This document shows positions 24,196-35,758 of a DNA stretch of 64,000 nucleotides, one piece after another. The stretch covers positions 20,088,001 to 20,152,000 of the forward strand of contig NC_047069.1 of assembly GCF_902459465.1 (NCBI RefSeq), in the 5' to 3' direction. The translations under genes were made by a program, and so were the position numbers. This stretch comes from Asterias rubens (lineage: Eukaryota). The notes below the pieces were generated by a model that worked only from the letters and a program-made list of their open reading frames with translations, was not told the DNA's origin and did no database searches. The stretch's first letter is position 1. Each line of letters begins with the position of its first letter.

Positions 24196-24859
24196 ACTCA
24201 GAAACATAAAACCCACTTCCTAATTTGAGAAGCAACATTAATGACAGTCCATACTACATACAGAGACAGAATGGAATGGTTAACTAATCGATATTAACGA
24301 TTCACTTACTGCAACACGTGTTCTAATAGTAAGCTATTTCCAATCACAGATGACAGGGGCAAGCCTCAGGTTTTAAATCGTATCCGTCAGTTATTGATCC
24401 AGAAATTTATATCAAAACAATATTTATGCTTATGAAACTTTTTTTTAAAGTATCTTACCAAAGAGGGAGAACGATGTATTGGCGTAAAAATTATTTGGGT
24501 AATTGTTTTGGCGGTTTTAATTTGTTTGTTTTGTGGATGGTTCTATTGATCTCATTTAATTAATTGGTTTGCAGGATTTGATTTGTTTGTTTTATTCAGG
24601 TTTTTTTTTTTTTTTTTTTTTTTTGAATTGGCGTTGTTGTATTTGCTGATGTATATTCATGTATCTTTCATTCAAAATAATAAATCCATACTCATAATAA
24701 TAAAGGTCACAAAAATATGTTTTATAAATCAGCAAGTATCGGTCAATAGCTCCTAGTGAGGGTAAGGGTAAACAAATATTTGTATTGTTTATTTCCGATA
24801 CAATATACTCGTCATCCGAGTGGCATGCCACGGTGGTCTAGCGTTAAGCACATTCAGCT

Positions 24860-24985
24860 TATTAAACACATAATAATATTCATAGCGGCTTCTTATAAAA
24901 TAGCGCACATATCCGTCACCCAGTGACGGTCAAGGCGCTCAAATATACACTATTTCCTACAAGGTATGTGGCACTACGTTTGAAT
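24860..24985 (-). mobile_element. L2-type 3' tail (SINE or LINE remnant)
   Basis: Minus strand ataccttgtaggaaatag...gagcgccttga...gtgacggatatgtgcgctattttataag; related copy on + at about 31660-31745. Confidence 0.55.
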
Positions 24986-26689
24986 ATTTCCGTGTATTGG
25001 TTTACACAGTGTGCTGTTGCGCAAATTGCCATATTGCAGGATGCGTAAACCTATAGAATGCGGGGACCGTTCGAATCCAATCTACTGTATTACGCTCACT
25101 TTCTACAGTGTGACTTTTAAATAATATTTGCAGTTCTCGACTGATATTAAGCTAAACAATTTCCAAAATTGAAATCAGTTGCAGTTGGTATTCCTTAACA
25201 ATCAATTGACTATTGCATTGGTCAAAACGTTCATCCCAGTAAAATATCATTTCGCCTGAAATATCGCAAGTTGACCAAAATAGCTTAGACGCCCCTTAGC
25301 GCAAAATAAGCCCGTTATGACGTGCACAAAATTAGTGACCTCGCTTCTATATATTACTGAAGTTCCAAAAGAATCCCCGGGGAAATTTGGTAAATCTGTT
25401 CACACTTAAATTGCTAACCCCGAGAAATGGTCATTTCCCAGGAAATAGCTATACTCCATGCTTTGGAGTAGGGTTAAGCCACGCAACCCCGGGTCTTTAG
25501 CATACTGAGTGTCATTCTTCCCAGGACTTGCACTGAGTATGAATTGAACATCAAGTGACGTTTGGAGTAGGGTTAAGCCACGCAACCCCGTGTGAATTGA
25601 ACATGAAGTGACGTTTGGGTTATAATTACCCGGGAATTTCCCGGGTTGTATTTGAGAATGTAAAATGATAAAAAGGGCATTACAACTGAATTTGACGACA
25701 AGTTCGGGAAGGTTGGCTGGATTATGCTTTTATTGAAACTTTAGAAGATGAAAACAAATTATTTACGTCCAAAATCCAATGATGCACTATCGCTCATACG
25801 GAATCCATCATGAAATTGACTTTCATCCGCGTATTATAGTGCAGGAAGAGCATCACAGAAGAGTTGAGTAACCTTTTTGTGAGCATCTTAGGAGATATAA
25901 ATGCTTTCAATTATAGTATTCATAGAGTTAAATGAAGGGGATAAATCTCTGTGGAGTCTGATTCGTTAAGTGAAATAATTGGAAATATGATTTATTTGTC
26001 GTATTGCCTATAGGCAAAGTCTTTTACTGTTAGTTGTACTTGTGCTCTGTGCATCCATTTTGTATTGTTGGTTTTTTACCCATTTGCCAGTAAAAATCGA
26101 ATGTTTAAATGTGGATAGTAATTGTTAGGGCTTTCTTATCTTATCTGATCTATTTTTGTCTTTAAAACCTACCAGATTCCTCCTAGAATGCTATCGTGCG
26201 GGATCATGTTTGAAGAAATGCCTAATTTATGGAAGGGAAAAAATAAATAGGAAACTCAAACTCGTCTGCTCAATTCTTTGTGCAAATTGTAACTTTATGG
26301 ATTTCGTAATAAATGCTTTTGCATATTTTGGACCTACTGGTAAATGGGGTTTACATAGTCTATGCAAGCAGTATTTGGTCTATCCCTTCATTGCAACTCA
26401 TGGAGTTTGTAAAGAAAATGGTAAGTCTTAAAGTTCTACCGCTACCTTTCGTGCTTTTTATGAAATAAACTGATCTATTCAAATTATTTCACAAATCGCA
26501 ACTCGCCATCACACGTCGAGCACACCCGGCACTCTTCGTCCAATACTCAACCACAACCTCAGTTTAGTGCTCCCATCTGTGGCTCAATGTGTTTTTATTC
26601 AAAGAGTTTGAAATTTACATCTTGATATTTGCCAGTTAGTCAGTCTGGAATCACATTCATGCAAGGTTTTTGCTTACGAAATAATTTAA

Positions 26690-27008
26690 AGGTACTGGAT
26701 ATATTTTGGTACGTCCAATACCAGTTTTCTTAATTTGTGTATCCCAACACAATAATGCGCAAAATAACACATCTGTAAGGCTTAACGGGTCATCGAGATG
26801 TGGGGCCTTCAGACTGAATTCTTTCTCGTATTAGAGCTATAATTGAGTGAGAAATTATCTCTTTCTCAAAAACAGCGTTACTTCGTTATATCAGAGGGAG
26901 CCATTTCTCCCACTGTTTTATATTATATCAACAGCTCTCAATTGCTCGATGCCAAGTAAGTTTTTATGCTACTATTTTGAGCAATATTACCAAACGTGTC
27001 CAGTGCCT
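26690..27008 (+). mobile_element. Kolobok-type MITE family A, internally deleted
   Basis: TTAA on both sides; aggtactgga...tccagtgcct. Confidence 0.8.
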
Positions 27009-27361
27009 TTAAAACAAGTAATGATATCCAAACAGTGATATGATAACACCGTACTTAAACGAAATTGATATTAAAAATGCATGTTTCATGCCCGCATAAA
27101 TGTAAAATTATCTCTTTGCCAGGGTCGCGGAAGGTCAAGAATGGTTGCTTTGTTTCGAGGTTCGTTCGATCATACAAAAAAACAGTCATAGGTATAATAT
27201 GAATGGTGATGATGTCACCAATAACAAGTAGATCCCACTGTGTATGGGGGATTGGCCATTGATTAGTCTTTGTGATTGCAGCTGCCGACCCTGGGAGTAA
27301 ACCGGTCGGCGTAGATTCGTCCTTATTATGTGAGAAAAGAAACGGGTTCGAACCGTCTTAA

Positions 27362-27739
27362 AGACATTGGACACCTTTGGTTATCGCCAAAGACCAGTGT
27401 TCTCACAGCCTACTTGGTGTATCCCAACTTATGCATAACATAAGAAATCTGTGAACATTTTGGCTCATTTGGTTGACGTTGCGAAATAATATTGAAAGAA
27501 AAAACACCCTTGTTGCTAAGATTTGTGTGTTTTTAGATGAATAATAAAAGGCTCAGCTCTAAGTCTTCTAATATTTGAGTGAAACATTACCTCATCCTCT
27601 AAAACTACTTTACTTCAGAGGGGGCCCTTTTTACAATGTACTTATATATAAGCTTTTAAAAAACTCTACATTGCTCGTTACCAATTCAGTTTTGATGCTA
27701 ACAATTATTTTGAGTAATCACCAATGGTGTCCATGTCCT
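27362..27739 (+). mobile_element. Kolobok-type MITE family A
   Basis: TTAA on both sides; agacattggacacc...ggtgtccatgtcct. Confidence 0.85.
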
Positions 27740-27746
27740 TTAAAAA

Positions 27747-28067
27747 GAAATTCCGGAGCGATTTGTCCACGCGGGAAGACTAATCCCTAATTGGAGTACA
27801 CAATCTGAAAAACGTCTCTGATAGTAACGTTTCGCAGATTCAAATGTTGGCTTTTGGAACCGTTCGATTTGTTTTAATCCTTATGTAGATAATATATTTA
27901 TACAACAAAATTAAAATGTGAACAATTCATTTCAAAAGGAGGTACAGCGTTTTGAGACATCGCCGAAATTCCGGAGCGATTTGTCCACGCGGGAAGACTA
28001 ATCCCTAATTGGAGTACACAATCTGAAAAACGTATATGATAGTAACGTTTCGCAGATTCAAATGTTG
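27747..28067 (+). repeat. 103-bp direct repeat pair
   Basis: 27747-27849 and 27965-28067 differ at 2 positions. Confidence 0.9.
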
Positions 28068-28182
28068 TGGGGCATACAAACTGATATATTCTTTTTAATA
28101 ACCACATTTACATCGAAGTAAACTGATTCTCAATTAATATGCTTTATACTACCGAAAGTAATTTTGTACTGTCATTAGTGAA

Positions 28183-28548
28183 AGCCATTGGACACTTTCG
28201 GTAAACAGTATTGTCCAAAGGCCCACACTTCGTGTATCACAACTGATATAATAAATAACAAACCTGTCAAAATTTAGGCTCAATCGGTCATCGGAGTCGG
28301 GAGAAATAAACGGGGAAAACCCACCATTGTTTCCGCACGTTTCGCCGTATCATGACAGGTGTTTAAAATAAATCCGTAATTTTTCGCTATCGAGAATTGA
28401 TAATTGTTTTAATGTTTTCTCAAAAAGTAAAGTATTTTATGGAATAATATTTCAAGAGAAGTCTTTCACCATTACCTTCTGTAAACCCTGATAGGTTATT
28501 TGTAAATCCGTGAACTTTTTTGTTCTGTTCCGAAAGTGTCCAATGACT
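28183..28548 (+). mobile_element. Kolobok-type MITE family F
   Basis: TIR agccattggacactttcgg / ccgaaagtgtccaatgact; homologous to 47154-47519. Confidence 0.85.
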
Positions 28549-28589
28549 TTAAAGTGATTACTATTATGTATCTTTAATTATGAAACCAC

Positions 28590-29076
28590 CTACTATAGAG
28601 AGGGCTCGTTTTTTAACTCGAGTGAGATACAGTTCATCACTTGATGAACTGTATTTCTCTCGAGTTAAAAAACGAGCACTCTCTATAGTAGATGACCAGT
28701 TTCACCCAGCACATTCCCTCTTTCAGCCCATGCGGTCTAAGAATCGTTTTCGTTCAATTAAATCTGGATCCAACCGTACTTTGCAGAGTTTTTATCCCAC
28801 AGCTGTTCGTGTTCTAAATGACAGGTTTTAATCATGAATGTCTATTTTTGATTTTAATTCTTCCTTCGTACTATTTTTATCTTTCGTATTTCGCCTGTAT
28901 ATTGTAATACTTTTCAGAGTTGTTTATATTATATTTCCATGTATTTTTGTAAATGGTTAATTGTTAGTGTAATTTGTATACAACATAATATTTTTAGACA
29001 CGCAAAACCAAAACGAATTTCACTGTATTAATATTTTTATTTTTTTTTACAGGTGACAATAAAACATTATTCTATT
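28590..29076 (+). mobile_element. Rex1/Babar-clade LINE 3' end with 5' fold-back
   Basis: SLDELYFSRVKKRALSIVDDQFHPAHSLF...SFYPTAVRVLN resembles the Rex1 C-terminus; tail gacaataaaacattattctatt. Confidence 0.75.
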
Positions 29077-29583
29077 TTATATAACACCCAAGCAGATCCT
29101 TGCCATTTGATTGGAGGATTGTCCGTCACGTGATAGCAAATAAAAGTACCATTGCACGCTGAGTCACTCACCGTGCTTTTTCGTTCCATCCGAAAAGTAC
29201 CATTGCACGCTGGCACGCTGCCAGCGTGCAATGGTACTTTTCGGATGGAACGAAAAAGCTGAGTAAAACATCACTGCGTGCGCGTGTCTTTGGTAACGCA
29301 GCAGGTGTTACTGCAAGAAGGCATAGTAAAATTCGGCTTCTACAGTTGAAATTGTTTGTTTTGAAAGTTGTATCTTTCAATCAAAATTACAAAGTTCTAC
29401 TTGGATGTTATATAAAACAAATAATGAATGTTTTTCATTCGTGCAATGGTGCGAATATGTTCATTCGTTGAAAGCTGGAATGTTCCATTCAACTCGGCTC
29501 CGCCTCGTTGAATAGAACATTCCATCTTTCAACTCATGAACATATTCGCACCATTGCACTCATAAACATTCATTATGTGTATA
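29077..29583. mobile_element. Non-coding element with A..A'B..B' ends (Crypton-like, uncertain)
   Basis: See findings; long 3' palindrome centred on ctcggctccgcctcg. Confidence 0.7.
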
Positions 29584-29757
29584 CTATTCTATTCTATTCT
29601 AAGAGCTGCTGCAAGTGGTGGTGATACGTCTCTTTAAATCACGCTAAAATGCAGCGTTGATCATGTAGTCAGCTGTTCAATTCAGTATGATTTGTCCACA
29701 ATATGCACGTTATACAATAAATATAAGGGGCGACATGTTCAGGGGCGACATTGCAAT

Positions 29758-29907
29758 AGACCTTTTCGCAAATACTGGGGCGCGCGCGTAAAGCTTGGAA
29801 TTAGGTGCATTGTGGTCTAGCTGGTATCCAAATTTGATCCATATCTATCCCACAATGCACCTCATTCCACAATCTGCGCTTGCGCATTGGTATTTGCGAT
29901 AAGGTCT
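29758..29907. mobile_element. 150-bp MITE with AT target duplication (ISL2EU-like)
   Basis: TIR agaccttttcgcaaatac / gtatttgcgataaggtct (17/18); sits inside a ggggcgac array (about 29726-29980). Confidence 0.7.
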
Positions 29908-30139
29908 ATGGGCGTCATTGTCAGGGGCGCCATTGCAATGGGCGACTTTGTTGGGGCGAGCTGGCTAGGGGGCGAGATGACCACCCTTAAAAAAAGAAGC
30001 AAACATGCAGTCACTATAACGGTTATAAAGCAACACCAATAAATAAAGTAACAACTTGAGATTGACAATTTACATGCGTGTATAACGATAGGGCAACTGC
30101 TGCTACTGCTTCAAAGTGCCTCGCTCATAAACATTTCTT

Positions 30140-30355
30140 GGTCAGAATTGACCCGCATTGTTGGTCCAAGGGGGCCTGATCATTTCTGGGTCGGCCTGTT
30201 TGACCCAGAAACTGATTACAGTTTGGATTTTGACTCGGATTCTGCATCAGTTGCACATAGTTTTGGGGTCGGTTTGGTAAACAATCAGGGTCACACTGAC
30301 CCATAAATGGTTCGGGCAACCTTTAAATCGAGAACCGGGTCAGTACTGACCCAAA
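30140..30355. repeat. Cluster of gggtca/tgaccc mini-palindromes
   Basis: gggtcggcctgtttgaccc, gggtcacactgaccc and gggtcagtactgaccc; likely a DNA-transposon interior. Confidence 0.5.
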
Positions 30356-32222
30356 GGTATTCAAAATTGGTACATCATTGGCAATGTTGGTTTCCATTGA
30401 CGGCAAAGTTTAAAATAACCGCAGCTTTATTGGTAAGCATGGTCTCGTTGAACCCGATATAAAGTTTACAGTTGTCATGGTTTGTTTCGGTTTGTTTAAT
30501 AATGTCCCCACGTCAATATATAGCATTGATTGTGTATGGTGGATGCTGCTACAAGCTTAGGCTACTCTCTTTGAATAAATATAAGGTTCATAGCTTACGG
30601 TCTACTTGCAGTTGTCATTGTCATTCTTACCAACAATATCCCGATTTGTGATGTGTTTTTAGGTAATATATATTTTTATATTATCTGATTTTTAGTCAGA
30701 AACCACATCTCCCTTCCCGACTTTTTGTTTGTTTGCGTTACGATCCGGTCATGACTTACGTCATCATACACAATGGAGGACATATGTTGCCAGTGTGTAA
30801 AAAACAACGCTTGTGCACGCGTCATCAATTGTTTTTAATTTATACAATATGGAGCGGCACGACTCGATCAAAATGAAGCACTTTAAATATATTTCTAAAA
30901 ATGTCTCAAAACACCCCGCTCTTTATTAAGACAGTCTGACTCTGGCTTGTTGTCGTCTCGGAGACTGCGTCCGTCATTAGAAAACATTCGAAAAATCGAT
31001 TTAAAATTAGTAATTTGAAGCGTCGGCCAAAAGAAGAAGAAAACAACATCATTATAAACGAATCAAAGACTACAGGAGGCTCGGACATTCCAGCCGGGAC
31101 GTAGAGCGTGTACTTCTTAAAGAGTCATTAGCGGATGATCAGAGAATTAGTGGATGCAAAGATGAATAACAAGACAGGTGTCAAGTATCAATGGCTCCTC
31201 GAGTCTAAAGGATTGCAGATATACTCGGAAGACCAGAGTGCTGGTCAACATTGTAACTGTGTAAATATGTTTACTGTATGTATGTGTTTTAAAATAAACT
31301 TGATTAACAAGATGAATTCTGGACTATGCTTTTGGAGTATGGTGTGCTGGTTTGTTTTTGACTGTATATTGCGTCATAGTACATTTTAAGCCATTACACG
31401 GTGATATATTAAAGTTTACACCCATACCAATACGTACAATTTGTTGTTTAATACAAAACAAACATATTTGTGGGTGTTAATGGATTTGCAGATGTCGTGT
31501 CCAACAAAATCAACTTTGTATTCATTAGTAACGATCGAATGTGAATTGATATGCTATCGGTGGTTTTCAAACTGTTGTTCATAAAATGGAAACGAACAAA
31601 ATGTGTACCTATGATTGTGGCATTGCACAAAGAAAAAATATACTAAACTTCAAGAACTACACAATACCTTGTAGGAAAATACTGAATGTTGAAGCGCATC
31701 ACTGAGTGACGGATGTGAGCGCTTAAATAATCCAGTATATGAAACCACTATCATTATAATGGAATGTTGCATGGTGGAGAAAAATCTAAAAACCAATCAA
31801 GAGACTCTGGTTTAAGGCGACACATTACAATCCTCTCATTAGCTTTGGTGATTTGGAAGGCCAACAGATGTAGCAACTTGACATTTCAAACCCAATTCTT
31901 AGTTACCTGATGTTTCGACCCTTGCAGAGTCTTTCTCGAATAATTATGCTTAACAAAATTACATTTCGAAAGGTGCACTGCGAATGTTTTCGAGAAGCCA
32001 AAAGCATGATTTTCAAAAGTTGGACTCGTTCGTACACATAAGCCATTGATCCAACAAATAAAACGTTTGTTATTATATACTTTATTCAGATATAATCCAA
32101 TATGCATACATACAAACAAAATACACATTTTAGTTAAATAATACACATTTGAATGCTACCCATTATATATAATAAGTTGTAAGTCCACAAAATAAAACAA
32201 GGAAACACAAGTAGGTGGAAAC

Positions 32223-32625
32223 GACTAGCCTTCACAGTTGATGTATCTCAACATATGCATAAAATAACAAACCTGTGAAAATTTTAGCTCAATCGGTCAT
32301 CGAACTTGCGCGATAATTAGTAATAAAAGAAGACAAAACCTTGTCACACCATGGAGGAATATTCCTCCACCATGGAGGAATAATTCCTCCATGGACACAC
32401 GAAGTTGTGTGCGTTTAAATGGTTGATTTCGAGACTTCAAGTACTAAATCTGAGGTCTCGAAATCAAATTCGTGGAAAATTACTTCTTTCTCGAAAACTA
32501 TGGCACTTCAGACTGAGCCGTTTCTGAAAATGTTTTATACCATCAACCTCTCCCCATTACTCGTCACAAAGAAAGGTTTTATGCTAATAATTATTTTGAG
32601 TAATTAACAAAAGTGTCCAATGCCT
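32223..32625 (+). mobile_element. Kolobok-type MITE family A, 5'-truncated, with palindromic insert
   Basis: Family A body ending gtgtccaatgcct|TTAA; 46-bp insert at 32349-32394. Confidence 0.85.
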
Positions 32626-33060
32626 TTAACTGTTCAATTGTTTCCGCGTCTTAGTTTCACTTCAAATACTTTTTTTTCAAAATGTTTCATTTTACTAAAA
32701 TGCACATAGACGAGACAGTAAGGCTCCAAATGTCGGTTTGATCAAGAATAATGGGAGTAGGCCTACGTCTATTTATTTAGTATTTTTACTTGAAATCCCC
32801 TTCTAGTTTGATGCTCACTTGTTCTTTACAAATCGGGCAGGTCGGTAATTAGGGGACAGATCAAACGATTTACTGGGATCAAAGAGATTTAGAGCACTGG
32901 TTTGTTGTTAAAATGAATGGAAATCACGTTCTGAACTAATGACCCATTTATTTCATAATGGATTTGCGTTAGATGCCGTCGTAGTCTCCCCAGAACGGCT
33001 CCATTGGGATAATCAACAGCGTCATCTGAACAAAATATCTCAAAAGTACCACCGATTTAC

Positions 33061-33485
33061 AGGGTATATGTACCTTTTCCTAACAAAAAACACAATGTCC
33101 ACAGATTTACATTAAACTTACACAGTTTGAAGATAATGATAGTAGAAAGCTTCCCTTGAAATTGTACTTACTGAGGTGCTGTAGTTTTTGAGAAATGAGT
33201 AAAAGTAATAATTGTCGTCTCATTATTTTTTAACATGTGAAAACGTAATAACCAGTTATGCTATGGTTTTGGTATAATATCAAAGCTGGTTAAGGGGATC
33301 TTACATGCTAAAATCATTTTGGTCTCATGAGACGAAAATGATTTTGTGACTTGTTTTACACATTTCTCAAAAACTATACAACCTTAGTTAGTAATATTTG
33401 AAAGGAAGCTTTCCACTATCATTCTCTTCAAACCCTGTAAGTTTAATGTAAATCTATGGACATTTTAAACAATTACCCGAATCCT
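33061..33485. mobile_element. Fold-back Kolobok-type MITE family B
   Basis: Homologous to 2695-3065; ttac|AGG...CCT|TTAA. Confidence 0.8.
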
Positions 33486-35758
33486 TTAAGGCCTAATTTG
33501 TATACAAACCAATAAGTGTTGTCTACAGATGCATATTCCATCCTGGCTGCTACACTTGTACACATCTTCATGTTTGCTGTGTTGTCACTTAGCAATCATT
33601 CTGCTAGTGTCGAAAGGTCAGGCCATTTAAACTATTGTATACATTTGGGCATGTATGCCATAGGTCCCTTTGATTGGTAAGCTAAGTCTAATTTCTCGCT
33701 TTGTTTTGATACATGTACGCTCTATCAACAGGAAAATGGTTTTATTGCATTATGCCTAAGAAATCAGCGATAGGTTGTTATTATTATGACATAATCATCA
33801 ATTTGTTAACATGGATTTTTTTTCTTCATGTGAATAATATTGGTAACGCTCCTGGGTGCATGTTGATTGTCTAGGGCTAAACAACGCAATGGACTCTCAG
33901 TGCGTGACGTCACAGCGATGCAATGTGCACAACAAAATGGCGCGCACAATAGGCCATCTATCAAGCGGACAAACAATAACACTATACAATATTTACGACA
34001 TTCATTGGATTTTGCGCCACAAACAAACATTTATGCCTCTGCCAAGAATACTGCCACGACCGTAAGTTCATGTAAAGGACACTGGTTAAAAATACATCAA
34101 TATTTCATTAAAATAATACAGGGGAAAACAAATCTTCATTTACGTCATTCAGTTAGCCTAACTGGACAGTTTTTAACTCTTTTTTCTTAGGACGGCTACT
34201 AAAATTCTGCTTTACAACTAGAAAATGTATACATTGACATTTAAATGCGACTTTCATAAACACAATTATGCAGCTAAACTTTGATTGCTTAAGGGCCTTG
34301 AAACGCAAATATACTTAGCATCGCTGACAAGAGTATACATTTGTTTTGAAAGGTGAGTAGTTTCGTCAACGATTCGTCCCTGTCCTTCTAAACATATACA
34401 CGATGAAAAATTAATGTGACTTGATAAACCGCAACTTATTGTCTGGTAAACTTTGCGATTACTTTACCATTGCTAACTTAAAATTGGCTATCGGTTATGA
34501 ATATTATATATATATATATTTTACAGATTTGTTTGTATACCTAATGAAAAAGAATGGATTTGTGTAACGGGGTCAGTTGGATCTTGACAGCTGTGTATAC
34601 TTGGATGTGAACTTCGTACCATGTCATTTTGATTGGTTGGCCACTCCACTACTAATGGCCACACTTAACAAAAACGCCTGCAAGCGAGAGAATCGTTTGC
34701 AAAGTGCACAAGACCCACGCAGCAAACAGGTTTCCTTTAATACTCGTTCTTTCCCCTCTTGTTTCTGTTAATAATCCTCATTAGTCCAGGGGTAAACTTC
34801 GTGTCCAATTTACAACACGAGTAAGATTGAGGATGTAAAGGACCTGGCACTTAGTTGATCGTGAATGTATAGGAGTCCCAAACCTCACCCCCTTCAAACC
34901 CGAGCCCTGGATACAGAGTGACGAATCGCTGAACACACTCATTGCTTCGAGTGTCATGCTTTGCTAGAGAGTGATCAATATCAAACCACACCAGGTTAAT
35001 ATTGGCCACTTCAGTAGCGAACGAGATTCTCCCGCCAAGAAATATAATGAACGTTTCCCGCCATTTATAACAAACTAGCGTTGAACTCAATTTGCTGTAA
35101 ACATTCAACGATACCCTTTTGGATGCAATCGTGTTATTGGATTTATTCGGGTGAAATCCATCAATTTGACAAGATTGGTATGTTTGATTTATAGCTGTGA
35201 TGGATGGATGGTCAGTTTAAGCTGAGGGTGCCGCGAAGGATGGACATTGCAGGGAGCAAGTTTAGGACAATAAATATTATTTTAATCCGGTTAAATCAAT
35301 GCTGTAAGATGAATTATATTTGTTGAGAACTTTTTAGAGAGAAAAGGCTTTGCATGAATGTTATTAACCGAAGGCACGTAGGCCCTACGTCTTCTTTTGT
35401 GTTGATGACCGTAAATGACAAGGCGTAAATATTAAGTTCAATCGTTACAATTTTTAGACGTACCTCCTAAGCCAATTTCACGCGAAAAGTATTTTTATGG
35501 TTCAAATTGAGTTAGTACTCTGGGAAAGTTATTATGTTCTTGTATATCTCAAAATATCACTAGAAATAAAGGCATCTTATTGGGAACACATCCGGCGCAC
35601 CTCAGCTCATCAAAATTGCTGTTTTTTATGGAATTTTTTTATAAAGTTTCCAGATAATAAGCAACACAATGCAAACCCATTTTCCACATTTCCTTTCACA
35701 CATAACAAGAACAAAACCGGAAACCTCAGCTAGTTTGTTGTTTATATCATAACACAGA

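Noticed and set aside
27747-28067. TRIM or solo-LTR pair
   Set aside because: No TG..CA ends, primer-binding site, polypurine tract or target duplication.
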